A stretch of 64,000 nucleotides of DNA from Paragordius varius (Eukaryota > Animalia > Nematomorpha), in contig OZ176050.1 in NCBI GenBank assembly GCA_964247055.1, positions 1,240,001 to 1,304,000 of the forward strand, in the 5' to 3' direction. Shown one piece after another: positions 1-13,130 of the stretch. How positions within the stretch are numbered: position 1 is the first letter of the stretch; every line of letters begins with the position of its first letter. The notes below the pieces were generated by a model. That model ran no database searches. It worked only from the letters and a program-made list of their open reading frames with translations, and was not told where the DNA came from. The position numbers and the translations under genes are program-made.

Positions 1-178
1 TATACATTCTCTTAGTAAGACTACATCAAAATATAGAGATAGTTTGACAAACTCTTTCATATCCGATTTTTACAACGATACTTTAAAAATTAATGTATTA
101 AACTAGTCGCATCAATACTCAAGTTAAACTTTGTCCTTAAAAATCGGATATTGGTCACCGGTGAACGAAACTATTTTT

Positions 179-804
179 TATACAATCTCTTAGTAGGACT
201 ACATCAAAATATAGAGATAGTTTGGCAAACTCTTTCATATCCGATATTACAACGATAAAGCTAAACATTGTCCTTAAAAATCGGATATTGGTCACCGGTG
301 AACAAAACTATTTTTTATACATTCTCATTAAGACTACATCAAAATATAGAGATAGTTTGACAAACTCTTTCATATCCGATTTTTACAGCGATACTTTAAA
401 AATTAATGTATTAAACTAGTCGCATCAATACTCAAGTTAAACTTTGTCCTTAAAAATCGGATATTGGTCACCGGTGAACGAAACTATTTTTTATACATTC
501 TCTTAGTAAGACTACATCAAAATAAGAAATAGTTTGACAAACTCTTTCATATCCGATATTACAACAATAAAGCTAAACATTGTCCTTAAAAATCGGATAT
601 TGGTCACCGGTGAACAAAACTATTTTTTATACATTCTCATTAAGACTACATCAAAATATAGAGATAGTTTGACAAACTCTTTCATATCCGATTTTTACAG
701 CGATACTTTAAAAATTAATGTATTAAACTAGTCGCATCAATACTCAAGTTAAACTTTGTCCTTAAAAATCGGATATTGGTCACCGGTGAACAAAATTATT
801 TTTT
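179..804 (+). repeat. Tandem duplication of a short dimer (137-bp deletion monomer + 176-bp monomer)
   Basis: The junction cgataaagctaaacattg (40-bp deletion of pos 81-120) followed by a ctcattaaga/acagcgata monomer occurs twice, ~313 bp apart (monomer starts 179, 316, 492). Confidence 0.9.
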
Positions 805-3265
805 ATACATTCTCTTAGTAAGACTACATCAAAATATAGAGATAGTTTGACAAACTCTTTCTTATCCGATTTTTACAACGATACTTATAAAATTAATGTA
901 TAAAACTAGTCGCATCAATACTCAAGTTAAACTTTGTCCTTAAAAATCGGATATTGGTCACCGGTGAACAAAATTATTTTTTATACATTCTCTTAGTAAG
1001 ACTACATCAAAATATAGAGATAGTTTGACAAACACTTTCATATCCGATTTTTACAACGATACTTTAAAAATTATGGTATTAAACCAGTCGCATCAATACT
1101 CAAGCCAAACATTGTCCTTAAAAATAGGATATTGGTCACCGGTGAACAAAATTATTTTTTATACATTCTCTTAGTAAGACTACATCAAAATATAGAGATA
1201 GTTTGACAAACTCTTTCATATCCGATTTTTACAACGATACTTTATAAATTATGGTATTAAACCAGTCGCATCAATACTCAAGTTAAACTTTGTCCTTAAA
1301 AATCGGATATTGGTCACCGGTGAACAAAACTATTTTTTATACATTCTCTTAGTAAGACTACATCAAAATATAGAGATAGTTTGACAAACTCTTTCATATC
1401 CGATTTTTACAACGATACTTTAAAAATTAATGTATTAAACTAGTCGCATCAATACTCAAGTTAAACTTTGTCCTTTAAAATCGGATATTGATCACTAGGT
1501 GAACAAAATTATTTTTTATACATTCTCTTAGTAAGACTACATCAAAATATAGAGATAGTTTGACAAACTCTTTCATATCCGATTTTTACAGCGATACTTT
1601 AAAAATTAATGTATTAAACTAGTCGCATCAATACATAAGTTAAACTTTGTCCTTAAAAATCGGATATTGGTCACCGGTGAACGAAACTATTTTTTATACA
1701 TTCTCTTAGTAGGACTACATCAAAATATAGAGATAGTTTGGAAAACTCTTTAATATCCGATTTTTACAACGATACTTTAAAAATTATGGTATTAAACCAG
1801 TCGCATCAATACTCAAGTTACACTTTGTCCTTAAAAATCGGATATTGGTCACCGGTGAACAAAACTACTTATTATACATTCTCTTAGTAAGACTACAACA
1901 AAATATAGAGATAGTTTGACAAACTCTTTCAAATCCGATTTTTACAACGATATTTAAAAATTAATGTATAAAACTAGTCGTATCAATAAATCGCATCAAT
2001 ACTCAAGTTAAACTTTGTCCTTAAAAATCGGATATTGGTCACCGGTGAACAAAATTATTTTTTATACATTCTCTTTGTAAGACTACATCAAAATATAGAA
2101 ATAGTTTGACAAACTATTTCATATCCGATTTTTACAACGATACTTTATAAATTATGGTATTAAACCAGTCGGATCAATACTCAAGTTAAACTTTGTCCTT
2201 AAAAATCGGATATTGGTCACCGGTGAACAAAACTATTTTTTATACATTCTCTTAGTAAGACTACATCAAAATATAGAGATAGTTTGACAAACTCTTTCAT
2301 ATCCGATTTTTACAACGATACTTTAAAAATTAATGTATTAAACTAGTCGCATCAATACTCAAGTTAAACTTTGCCCTTAAAAATCGGATATTGGTCACCG
2401 GTGAACGAAACTATTTTTTATACATTCTCTTAGTAGGACTACATCAAAATATAGAGATAGTTTGGCAAACTCTTTCATATCCGATTTTTACAACGATACT
2501 TTAAAAATTAATGTATAAAACTAGTCGCATCAATACTCAAGTTAAACTTTGTCCTTAAAAATCGGATATTCATCACCGGTGAACAAAATTATTTTTTATA
2601 CATTCTCTTAGTAAGACTACATCAAAATATAGAAATAGTTTGACAAACTCTTTCATATCCGATATTACAACGATAAAGCTAAACATTGTCCTTAAAAATC
2701 GGATATTGGTCACCGGTGAACAAAACTATTTTTTATACATTCTCATTAAGACTACATCAAAATATAGAGATAGTTTGACAAACTCTTTCATATCCGATTT
2801 TTACAGCGATACTTTAAAAATTAATGTATTAAACTAGTCGCATCAATACTCAAGTTAAACTTTGTCCTTAAAAATCGGATATTGGTCACCGGTGAACAAA
2901 ATTATTTTTTATACATTCTCTTAGTAAGACTACATCAAAATATAGAGATAGTTTGACAAACTCTTTCTTATCCGATTTTTACAACGATACTTTAAAAATT
3001 ATGGTATTAAACCAGTCGCATCAATACTCAAGTATAACTTTGTCCTTAAAAATCGGATATTGGTCACCGGTGAACAAAATTATTTTATATACATTCTCTT
3101 AGTATGACTACATCAAAATATAGAGATAGTTTGACAAACTCTTTCATATCCGATTTTTACAACGATACTTATAAAATTAATGTATAAAACTAGTCGCATC
3201 AATACTCAAGTTAAACTTTGTCCTTAAAAATCGGATATTGGTCACCGGTGAACAAAATTATTTTT

Positions 3266-5668
3266 TATACATTCTCTTAGTAAGACTACATCAAAATATA
3301 GAGATAGTTTGACAAACACTTTCATATCCGATTTTTACAACGATACTTTAAAAATTATGGTATTAAACCAGTCGCATCAATACTCAAGCTAAACATTGTC
3401 CTTAAAAATAGGATATTGGTCACCGGTGAACAAAATTATTTTTTATACATTCTCTTAGTAAGACTACATCAAAATATAGAGATAGTTTGACAAACTCTTT
3501 CATATCCGATTTTTACAACGATACTTTATAAATTATGGTATTAAACCAGTCGCATCAATACTCAAGTTAAACTTTGTCCTTAAAAATCGGATATTGGTCA
3601 CCGGTGAACAAAACTATTTTTTATACATTCTCTTAGTAAGACTACATCAAAATATAGAGATAGTTTGACAAACTCTTTCATATCCGATTTTTACAACGAT
3701 ACTTTAAAAATTAATGTATTAAACTAGTCGCATCAATACTCAAGTTAAACTTTGTCCTTTAAAATCGGATATTGATCACCGGTGAACAAAATTATTTTTT
3801 ATACATTCTCTTAGTAAGACTACATCAAAATATAGAGATAGTTTGACAAACTCTTTCATATCCGATTTTTACAGCGATACTTTAAAAATTAATGTATTAA
3901 ACTAGTCGCATCAATACATAAGTTAAACTTTGTCCTTAAAAATCGGATATTGGTCACCGGTGAACGAAACTATTTTTTATACATTCTCTTAGTAGGACTA
4001 CATCAAAATATAGAGATAGTTTGGAAAACTCTTTAATATCCGATTTTTACAACGATACTTTAAAAATTAATGTATAAAACTAGTCGCATCAATACTCAAG
4101 TTAAACTTTGTCCTTAAAAATCGGATATTGGTCACCGGTGAACAAAATTATTTTTTATACATTCTCTTAGTAAGACTACATCAAAATATAGAAATAGTTT
4201 GACAAACTCTTTCATATCCGATATTACAACGATAAAGCTAAACATTGTCCTTAAAAATCGGATATTGGTCACCGGTGAACAAAACTATTTTTTATACATT
4301 CTCATTAAGACTACATCAAAATATAGAGGTAGTTTGACAAACTCTTTCATATCCGATTTTTACAGTGATACTTTAAAAATTAATGTATTAAACTAGTCGC
4401 ATCAATACTCAAGTTAAACTTTGTCCTTAAAAATCGGATATTGGTCACCGAAGAACAAAATTATTTTTTATACATTCTCTTAGTAAGACTACATCAAAAT
4501 ATAGAGATAGTTTGACAAACACTTTCATATCCGATTTTTACAACGATACTTTAAAAATTAATGTATTAAACTAGTCGCATCAATACTCAAGTTAAACTTT
4601 GTCCTTAAAAATAGGATATTGGTCACCGGTGAACAAAATTATTTTTTATACATTCTCTTAGTAAGACTACATCAAAATATAGAGATAGTTTGACAAACTC
4701 TTTCATATCCGATTTTTACAACGATACTTTATAAATTATGGTATTAAACCAGTCGCATCAATACTCAAGTTAAACTTTGTCCTTAAAAATCGGATATTGG
4801 TCACCGGTGAACAAAACTATTTTTTATACATTCTCTTAGTAAGACTACATCAAAATATAGAGATAGTTTGACAAACTCTTTCATATCCGATTTTTACAAC
4901 GATACTTTAAAAATTAATGTATTAAACTAGTCGCATCAATACTCAAGTTAAACTTTGTCCTTTAAAATCGGATATTGATCACCGGTGAACAAAATTATTT
5001 TTTATACATTCTCTTAGTAAGACTACATCAAAATATAGAGATAGTTTGACAAACTCTTTCATATCCGATTTTTACAGCGATACTTTAAAAATTAATGTAT
5101 TAAACTAGTCGCATCAATACATAAGTTAAACTTTGTCCTTAAAAATCGGATATTGGTCCGGTGAACGAAACTATTTTTTATACATTCTCTTAGTAGGACT
5201 ACATCAAAATATAGAGATAGTTTGGAAAACTCTTTAATATCCGATTTTTACAACGATACTTTAAAAATTAATGTATAAAACTAGTCGCATCAATACTCAA
5301 GTTAAACTTTGTCCTTAAAAATCGGATATTGGTCACCGGTGAACAAAATTATTTTTTATACATTCTCTTAGTAAGACTACATCAAAATATAGAAATAGTT
5401 TGACAAACTCTTTCATATCCGATATTACAACGATAAAGCTAAACATTGTCCTTAAAAATCGGATATTGGTCACCGGTGAACAAAACTATTTTTTATACAT
5501 TCTCATTAAGACTACATCAAAATATAGAGGTAGTTTGACAAACTCTTTCATATCCAGTTTTACAGTGATACTTTAAAAATTAATGTATTAAACTAGTCGC
5601 ATCAATACTCAAGTTAAACTTTGTCCTTAAAAATCGGATATTGGTCACCGGTGAACAAAATTATTTTT
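3266..5668 (+). repeat. 7-mer HOR (~1203 bp = 137+176+5x178), two tandem copies (3266-4468, 4469-5668); five of its monomers also occur at 982-~1870
   Basis: The same ordered markers appear in each copy: gacaaacact, aaaataggat, tttataaattatgg, tcctttaaaatcggatattgatc, atacataag, ggaaaactctttaat and the 137-bp monomer (4156, 5357). Confidence 0.88.
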
Positions 5669-8600
5669 TATACATTCTCTTAGTAAGACTACATCAAAAT
5701 ATAGAGATAGTTTGACAAACTCTTTCATATCCGATTTTTACAACGATACTTTAAAAATTAATGTATAAAACTAGTCGTATCAATAAATCGCATCAATACT
5801 CAAGTTAAACTTTGTCCTTAAAAATCGGATATTGGTCACCGGTGAACAAAATTATTTTTTATACATTCTCTTAGTAGGACTACATCAAAATATAGAGATA
5901 GTTTGGCAAACTTTTTCATAATCGATTTTTACAACGATACTTTAAAAATTAATGTATAAAACTAGTCGCATCAATACTCAAGTTAAACTTTGTCCTTAAA
6001 AATCGGATATTAGTCACCGGTAAACAAAATTATTTTTTATACATTCTCTTAGTAAGACTACATCAAAATATAGATATAGTTTGACAAATTCTTTCATATC
6101 CGATTTTTACAACGATACTTTAAAAATTAATGTATTTAACTAGACGCATCAATACTCAAGTCCTTAAAAATAGGATATTGGTCACCGGTGAACAAAATTA
6201 TTTTTTATACATTCTCTTAGTAAGACTACATCAAAATATAGAGATAGTTTGACAAACTCTTTCATATCCGATTTTTACAACGATACTTTAAAAATTAATG
6301 TATAAAACTAGTCGTATCAATAAATCGCATCAATATTAAAGTTAAACTTTGTCCTTAAAAATCAGATGGTCACCGGTGAACAAAATTATTTTTTATACAT
6401 TCTCTTAGTAGGACTACATCAAAATATAGAGATAGTTTGGCAAACTTTTTCATAATCGATTTTTACAACGATACTTTAAAAATTAATGTATAAAACTAGT
6501 CGCATCAATACTCAAGTTAAACTTTGTCCTTAAAAATCGGATATTAGTCACCGGTAAACAAAATTATTTTTTATACATTCTCTTAGTAAGACTACATCAA
6601 AATATAGATATAGTTTGACAAATTCTTTCATATCCGATTTTTACAACGATACTTTAAAAATTAATGTATTTAACTAGTCGCATCAATACTCAAGTCCTTA
6701 AAAATCGGATATTGGTCACCGGTGAACAAAATTATTTTTTATACATTCTCTTAGCAAGACTACATCAAAATATAGAGATACTTTGACAAACTCTTTCATA
6801 TCCGATTTTTACAACGATACTTTAAAAATTAATGTATAAAACTAGTCGCATCAATACTCAAGTTAAACTTTGTCCTTAAAAATCGGATATTGGTCACCGG
6901 TGAACAAAATTATTTTTTATACATTCTCTTAGTAGGACTACATCAAAATATAGAGATAGTTTGACAAACTATTTCATATCCGATTTTTACAACGATACTT
7001 TAGAAATTAATGTATTAAACTAGTCGCATCAATACTCAAGTTAAACTTTGTCCTTAAAAATCGGATATTGGTCACCGGTGAACAAAATTATTTTTTATAC
7101 ATTCTCTTAGTAAGACTACATCAAAATATAGAGATAGTTTGACAAACTCTTTCATATCCGATTTTTACAACGATACTTTAAAAATTAATGTATAAAACTA
7201 GTCGTATCAATAAATCGCATCAATACTCAAGTTAAACTTTGTCCTTAAAAATCGGATATTGGTCACCGGTGAACAAAATTATTTTTTATACATTCTCTTA
7301 GTAGGACTACATCAAAATATAGAGATAGTTTCCAAACTTTTTCATAATCGATTTTTACAACGATACTTTAAAAATTAATGTATAAAACTAGTCGCATCAA
7401 TACTCAAGTTAAACTTTGTCCTTAAAAATCGGATATTGGTCACCGGTGAACAAAATTATTTTTTATACATTCTCTTAGTAGGACTACATCAAAATATAGA
7501 GATAGTTTGACAAACTATTTCATATCCGATTTTTACAACGATATTTTAGAAATTAATGTATTAAACTAGTCGCATCAATACTCAAGTTAAACTTTGTCCT
7601 TAAAAATCGGATATTGGTCACCGGTGAACAAAATTATTTTTTATACATTCTCTTAGTAAGACTACATCAAAATATAGAGATAGTTTGACAAACTCTTTCA
7701 TATCCGATTTTTACAACGATACTTTAAAAATTAATGTATAAAACTAGTCGTATCAATAAATCGCATCAATACTCAAGTTAAACTTTGTCCTTAAAAATCG
7801 GATATTGGTCACCGGTGAACAAAATTATTTTTTATACATTCTCTTAGTAGGACTACATCAAAATATAGAGATAGTTTCCAAACTTTTTCATAATCGATTT
7901 TTACAACGATACTTTAAAAATTAATATATAAAACTAGTCGCATCAATACTCAAGTTAAATTTTGTCCTTAAAAATGGGATATTGGTCACCGGTGAACAAA
8001 ACTATTTTTTATACATTCTCTTGGTAAGACTACATCAAAATATAGAGATAGTTTGACAAACTATTTCATATCCGATTTTTACAACGATACTTTAGAAATT
8101 AATGTATTAAACTAGTCGCATCAATACTCAAGTTAAACTTTGTCCTCAAAAATCGGATATTGGTCACCGGTGAACAAAATTATTTTTTATACATTCTTTT
8201 AGTAAGACTACATCAAAATATAGAGATAGTTTGACAAACTCTTTCATATCCGATTTTTACAACGATACTTTAAAAATTAATGTATAAAACTAGTCGTATC
8301 AATAAATAGCATCAATACTCAAGTTAAACTTTGTCCTTAAAAATCGGATATTGGTCACCGATGAACAAAATTATTTTTTATACATTCTCTTAGTAGGACT
8401 ACATCAAAATATAGAGATAGTTTGGCAAACTTTTTCATAATCGATTTTTACAACGATACTTTAAAAATTAATGTATAAAACTAGTCGCATCAATACTCAA
8501 GTTAAACTTTGTCATTAAAAATCGGATATTGGTCACCGGTGAACAAAACTATTTTTTATACATTCTCTTAGTAGGACTACATCAAAATATAGAGATAGTT

Positions 8601-8699
8601 TGGCAAACTCTTTCATATCCGATTTTTACAACGATACTTTAAAAATTAATGTATAAAACTAGTCGCATCAATACTCATGTTAAACTTTGTCCTTAAAAA

Positions 8700-11600
8700 T
8701 CGGATATTGGTCACCGGTGAACAAAATTATTTTTTATACATTCTCTTAGTAAGACTACATCGAAATATAGAGATAGTTTGACAAACTTTTTCATATCCGA
8801 TTTTTACAACGATACTTTAAAAATTATGGTATTAAACCAGTCGCATCAATACTCAAGTTAAACTTTGTCCTTAAAAATCGGATATTGGTCACCGGTGAAC
8901 AAAATTATTTTATATACATTCTCTTAGTAAGACTACATCAAAATATAGAGATAGTTTGACAAACTCTTTCATATCCGATTTTTACAACGATATTTAAAAA
9001 TTAATGTATAAAACTAGTCGTATCAATAAATCGCATCAATACTCAAGTTAAACTTTGTCCTTAAAAATCGGATATTGGTCACCGGTGAAGAAAATTATTT
9101 CTTATACATTCTCTTAGTAAGACTACATCAAAATATAGAGATAGTTTGACAAACTATTTCATATCCGATTTTTACAACGATACTTTAGAAATTAATGTAT
9201 TAAACTAGTCGCATCAATACTCAAGTTAAACTTTGTCCTTAAAAATCGGATATTGGTCACCGGTGAACAAAATTATTTTTTATACATTCTCTTAGTAGGA
9301 CTACATCAAAATATAGAGATAGTTTCCAAACTTTTTCATAATCGATTTTTACAACGATACTTTAAAAATTAATGTATAAAACTAGTCGCATCAATACTCA
9401 AGTTAAACTTTGTCCTTAAAAATCGGATATTGGTCACCGGTGAACAAAATTATTTTTTATACATTCTCTTAGTAAGACTACATCAAAATATGGAGATAGT
9501 TTGACAAACTCTTTCATATCCGATTTTTACAACGATACTTTAAAAATTAATGTATAAAACTAGTCGTATCAATAAATCGCATCAATACTCAAGTTAAACT
9601 TTGTCCTTAAAAATCGGATATTGGTCACCGGTGAACAAAATTATTTTTTATACATTCTCTTAGTAGGACTACATCAAAATATAGAGATAGTTTCCAAACT
9701 TTTTCATAATCGATTTTTACAACGATACTTTAAAAATTAATGTATAAAACTAGTCGCATCAATACTCAAGTTAAATTTTGTCCTTAAAAATGGGATATTG
9801 GTCACCGGTGAACAAAACTATTTTTTATACATTCTTTTAGTAAGACTACATCAAAATCAAGAGATAGTTTGACAAACTATTTCATATCCGATTTTTACAA
9901 CGATACTTTAGAAATTAATGTATTAAACTAGTCGCATCAATACTCAAGTTAAACTTTGTCCTTAAAAATCGGATATTGGTCACCGGTGAACAAAATTATT
10001 TTTTATACATTCTCTTAGTAAGACTACATCAAAATATAGAGATAATTTGACAAACTCTTTCATATCCGATTTTTACAACGATACTTTAAAAATTAATGTA
10101 TAAAACTAGTCGTATCAATAAATAGCATCAATACTCAAGTTAAACTTTGTCCTTAAAAATCGGATATTGGTCACCGGTGAACAAAACTATTTTTTATACA
10201 TTCTCTTAATAGGACTACATCAAAATATAGAGATAGTTTGGCAAACTCTTTCATATCCGATTTTTACAACGATACTTTAAAAATTAATGTATAAAACTAG
10301 TCGCATCAATACTCATGTTAAACTTTGTCCTTAAAAATCGGATATTGGTCACCGGTGAACAAAATTATTTTTTATACATTCTCTTAGTAAGACTACATCG
10401 AAATATAGAGATAGTTTGACAAACTTTTTCATATCCGATTTTTACAACGATACTTTAAAAATTATGGTATTAAACCAGTCGCATCAATACTCAAGTTAAA
10501 CTTTGTCCTTAAAAATCGGATATTGGTCACCGGTGAACAAAATTATTTTATATACCTCTTAGTAAGACTACATCAAAATATAGAGATAGTTTGACAAACT
10601 CTTTCATATCCGATTTTTACAACGATACTTTAAAAATTAATGTATAAAACTAGTCGCATCAATACTCAAGTTAAACATTGTCCTTAAAAATCGGATATTG
10701 GTCACCGGTGAACAAAATTATTTTATATACATTCTCTTAGTAAGACTACATCGAAATATAGAGATAGTTTGACAAACTTTTTCATATCCGATTTTTACAA
10801 CGATACTTTAAAAATTATGGTATTAAACCAGTCGCATCAATACTCAAGTTAAACTTTGTCCTTAAAAATCGGATATTGGTCACCGGTGAACAAAATTATT
10901 TTATATACATTCTCTTAGTAAGACTACATCAAAATATAGAGATAGTTTGACAAACTCTTTCATATCCGATTTTTACAACGATATTTAAAAATTAATGTAT
11001 AAAACTAGTCGTATCAATAAATCGCATCAATACTCAAGTTAAACTTTGTCCTTAAAAATCGGATATTGGTCACCGGTGAAGAAAATTATTTCTTATACAT
11101 TCTCTTAGTAAGACTACATCAAAATATAGAGATAGTTTGACAAACTATTTCATATCCGATTTTTACAACGATACTTTAGAAATTAATGTATTAAACTAGT
11201 CGCATCAATACTCAAGTTAAACTTTGTCCTTAAAAATCGGATATTGGTCACCGGTGAACAAAATTATTTTTTATACATTCTCTTAGTAGGACTACATCAA
11301 AATATAGAGATAGTTTCCAAACTTTTTCATAATCGATTTTTACAACGATACTTTAAAAATTAATGTATAAAACTAGTCGCATCAATACTCAAGTTAAACT
11401 TTGTCCTTAAAAATCGGATATTGGTCACCGGTGAACAAAATTATTTTTTATACATTCTCTTAGTAAGACTACATCAAAATATGGAGATAGTTTGACAAAC
11501 TCTTTCATATCCGATTTTTACAACGATACTTTAAAAATTAATGTATAAAACTAGTCGTATCAATAAATCGCATCAATACTCAAGTTAAACTTTGTCCTTA

Positions 11601-13130
11601 AAAATCGGATATTGGTCACCGGTGAACAAAATTATTTTTTATACATTCTCTTAGTAGGACTACATCAAAATATAGAGATAGTTTCCAAACTTTTTCATAA
11701 TCGATTTTTACAACGATACTTTAAAAATTAATGTATAAAACTAGTCGCATCAATACTCAAGTTAAATTTTGTCCTTAAAAATGGGATATTGGTCACCGGT
11801 GAACAAAACTATTTTTTATACATTCTCTTAGTAAGACTACATCAAAATCAAGAGATAGTTTGACAAACTTTTTCATATCCGATTTTTACAACGATACTTT
11901 AGAAATTAATGTATTAAACTAGTCGCATCAATACTCAAGTTAAACTTTGTCCTTAAAAATCGGATATTGGTCACCGGTGAACAAAATTATTTTTTATACA
12001 TTCTCTTAGTAAGACTACATCAAAATATAGAGATAATTTGACAAACTCTTTCATATCCGATTTTTACAACGATACTTTAAAAATTAATGTATAAAACTAG
12101 TCGTATCAATAAATAGCATCAATACTCAAGTTAAACTTTGTCCTTAAAAATCGGATATTGGTCACCGGTGAACAAAACTATTTTTTATACATTCTCTTAA
12201 TAGGACTACATCAAAATATAGAGATAGTTTGGCAAACTCTTTCATATCCGATTTTTACAACGATACTTTAAAAATTAATGTATAAAACTAGTCGCATCAA
12301 TACTCATGTTAAACTTTGTCCTTAAAAATCGGATATTGGTCACCGGTGAACAAAATTATTTTTTATACATTCTCTTAGTAAGACTAAGTCGAAATATAGA
12401 GATAGTTTGACAAACTTTTTCATATCCGATTTTTACAACGATACTTTAAAAATTATGGTATTAAACCAGTCGCATCAATACTCAAGTTAAACTTTGTCCT
12501 TAAAAATCGGATATTGGTCACCGGTGAACAAAATTATTTTATATACATTCTCTTAGTAAGACTACATCAAAATATAGAGATAGTTTGACAAACTCTTTCA
12601 TATCCGATTTTTACAACGATACTTTAAAAATTAATGTATAAAACTAGTCGCATCAATACTCAAGTTAAACATTGTCCTTAAAAATCGGATATTGGTCACC
12701 GGTGAACAAAATTATTTTATATACATTCTCTTAGTAAGACTACATCAAAATATAGAGATAGTTTGACAAACTCTTTCATATCCGATTTTTTCAACGATAC
12801 TTTAAAAATTATGGTATTAAACCAGTCGCATCAATACTCAAGTTAAACATTGTCCTTAAAAATCGGATATTGGTCACCGGTGAACAAAATTATTTTATAT
12901 ACATTCTCTTAGTAAGACTACATCAAAATATAGAGATAGTTTGACAAACTCTTTCATATCCGATTTTTACAACGATATTTAAAAATTAATGTATAAAACT
13001 AGTCGTATCAATAAATCGCATCAATACTCAAGTTAAACTTTGTCCTTAAAAATCGGATATTGGTCACCGGTGAAGAAAATTATTTCTTATACATTCTCTT
13101 AGTAAGACTACATCAAAATATAGAGATAGT
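8700..13130 (+). repeat. 11-mer HOR (1991-1994 bp), ~2.2 tandem copies
   Basis: Markers recur at offset 1991: catcgaaat 8761/10752, gaagaaaattatttctt 9090/11081, atggagat 9491/11482, aaaatcaaga 9858/11849, gataattt 10041/12032. The next offset is 1994 (11081 to 13075); the 3-bp difference is explained by the tatacctctt deletion at ~10555. Confidence 0.9.

Noticed and set aside
1-178. Identity with Arabidopsis CEN178/CEN180 or other ~176-180-bp plant satellites
   Set aside because: Only the length matches. I see no similarity on either strand to those consensuses as I remember them, there is no AAGCTT site in the consensus, and GC is lower. A BLAST search is needed for a formal answer.
1-178. 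Monomer as a dimer of an ancestral ~89-bp unit
   Set aside because: Only short matches were found (tagt..catcaa at pos 13-29 versus 104-115), which is not convincing at 72% AT.
222-4396. Four near-identical 65-aa ORFs (222, 534, 2640, 4199)
   Set aside because: They start at TTG rather than ATG and lie wholly in satellite. They stay open only because the 137-bp and 176-bp deletion monomers shift the frame past stop codons. The fifth dimer (5357) is frameshifted, and the proteins have no recognisable domain.
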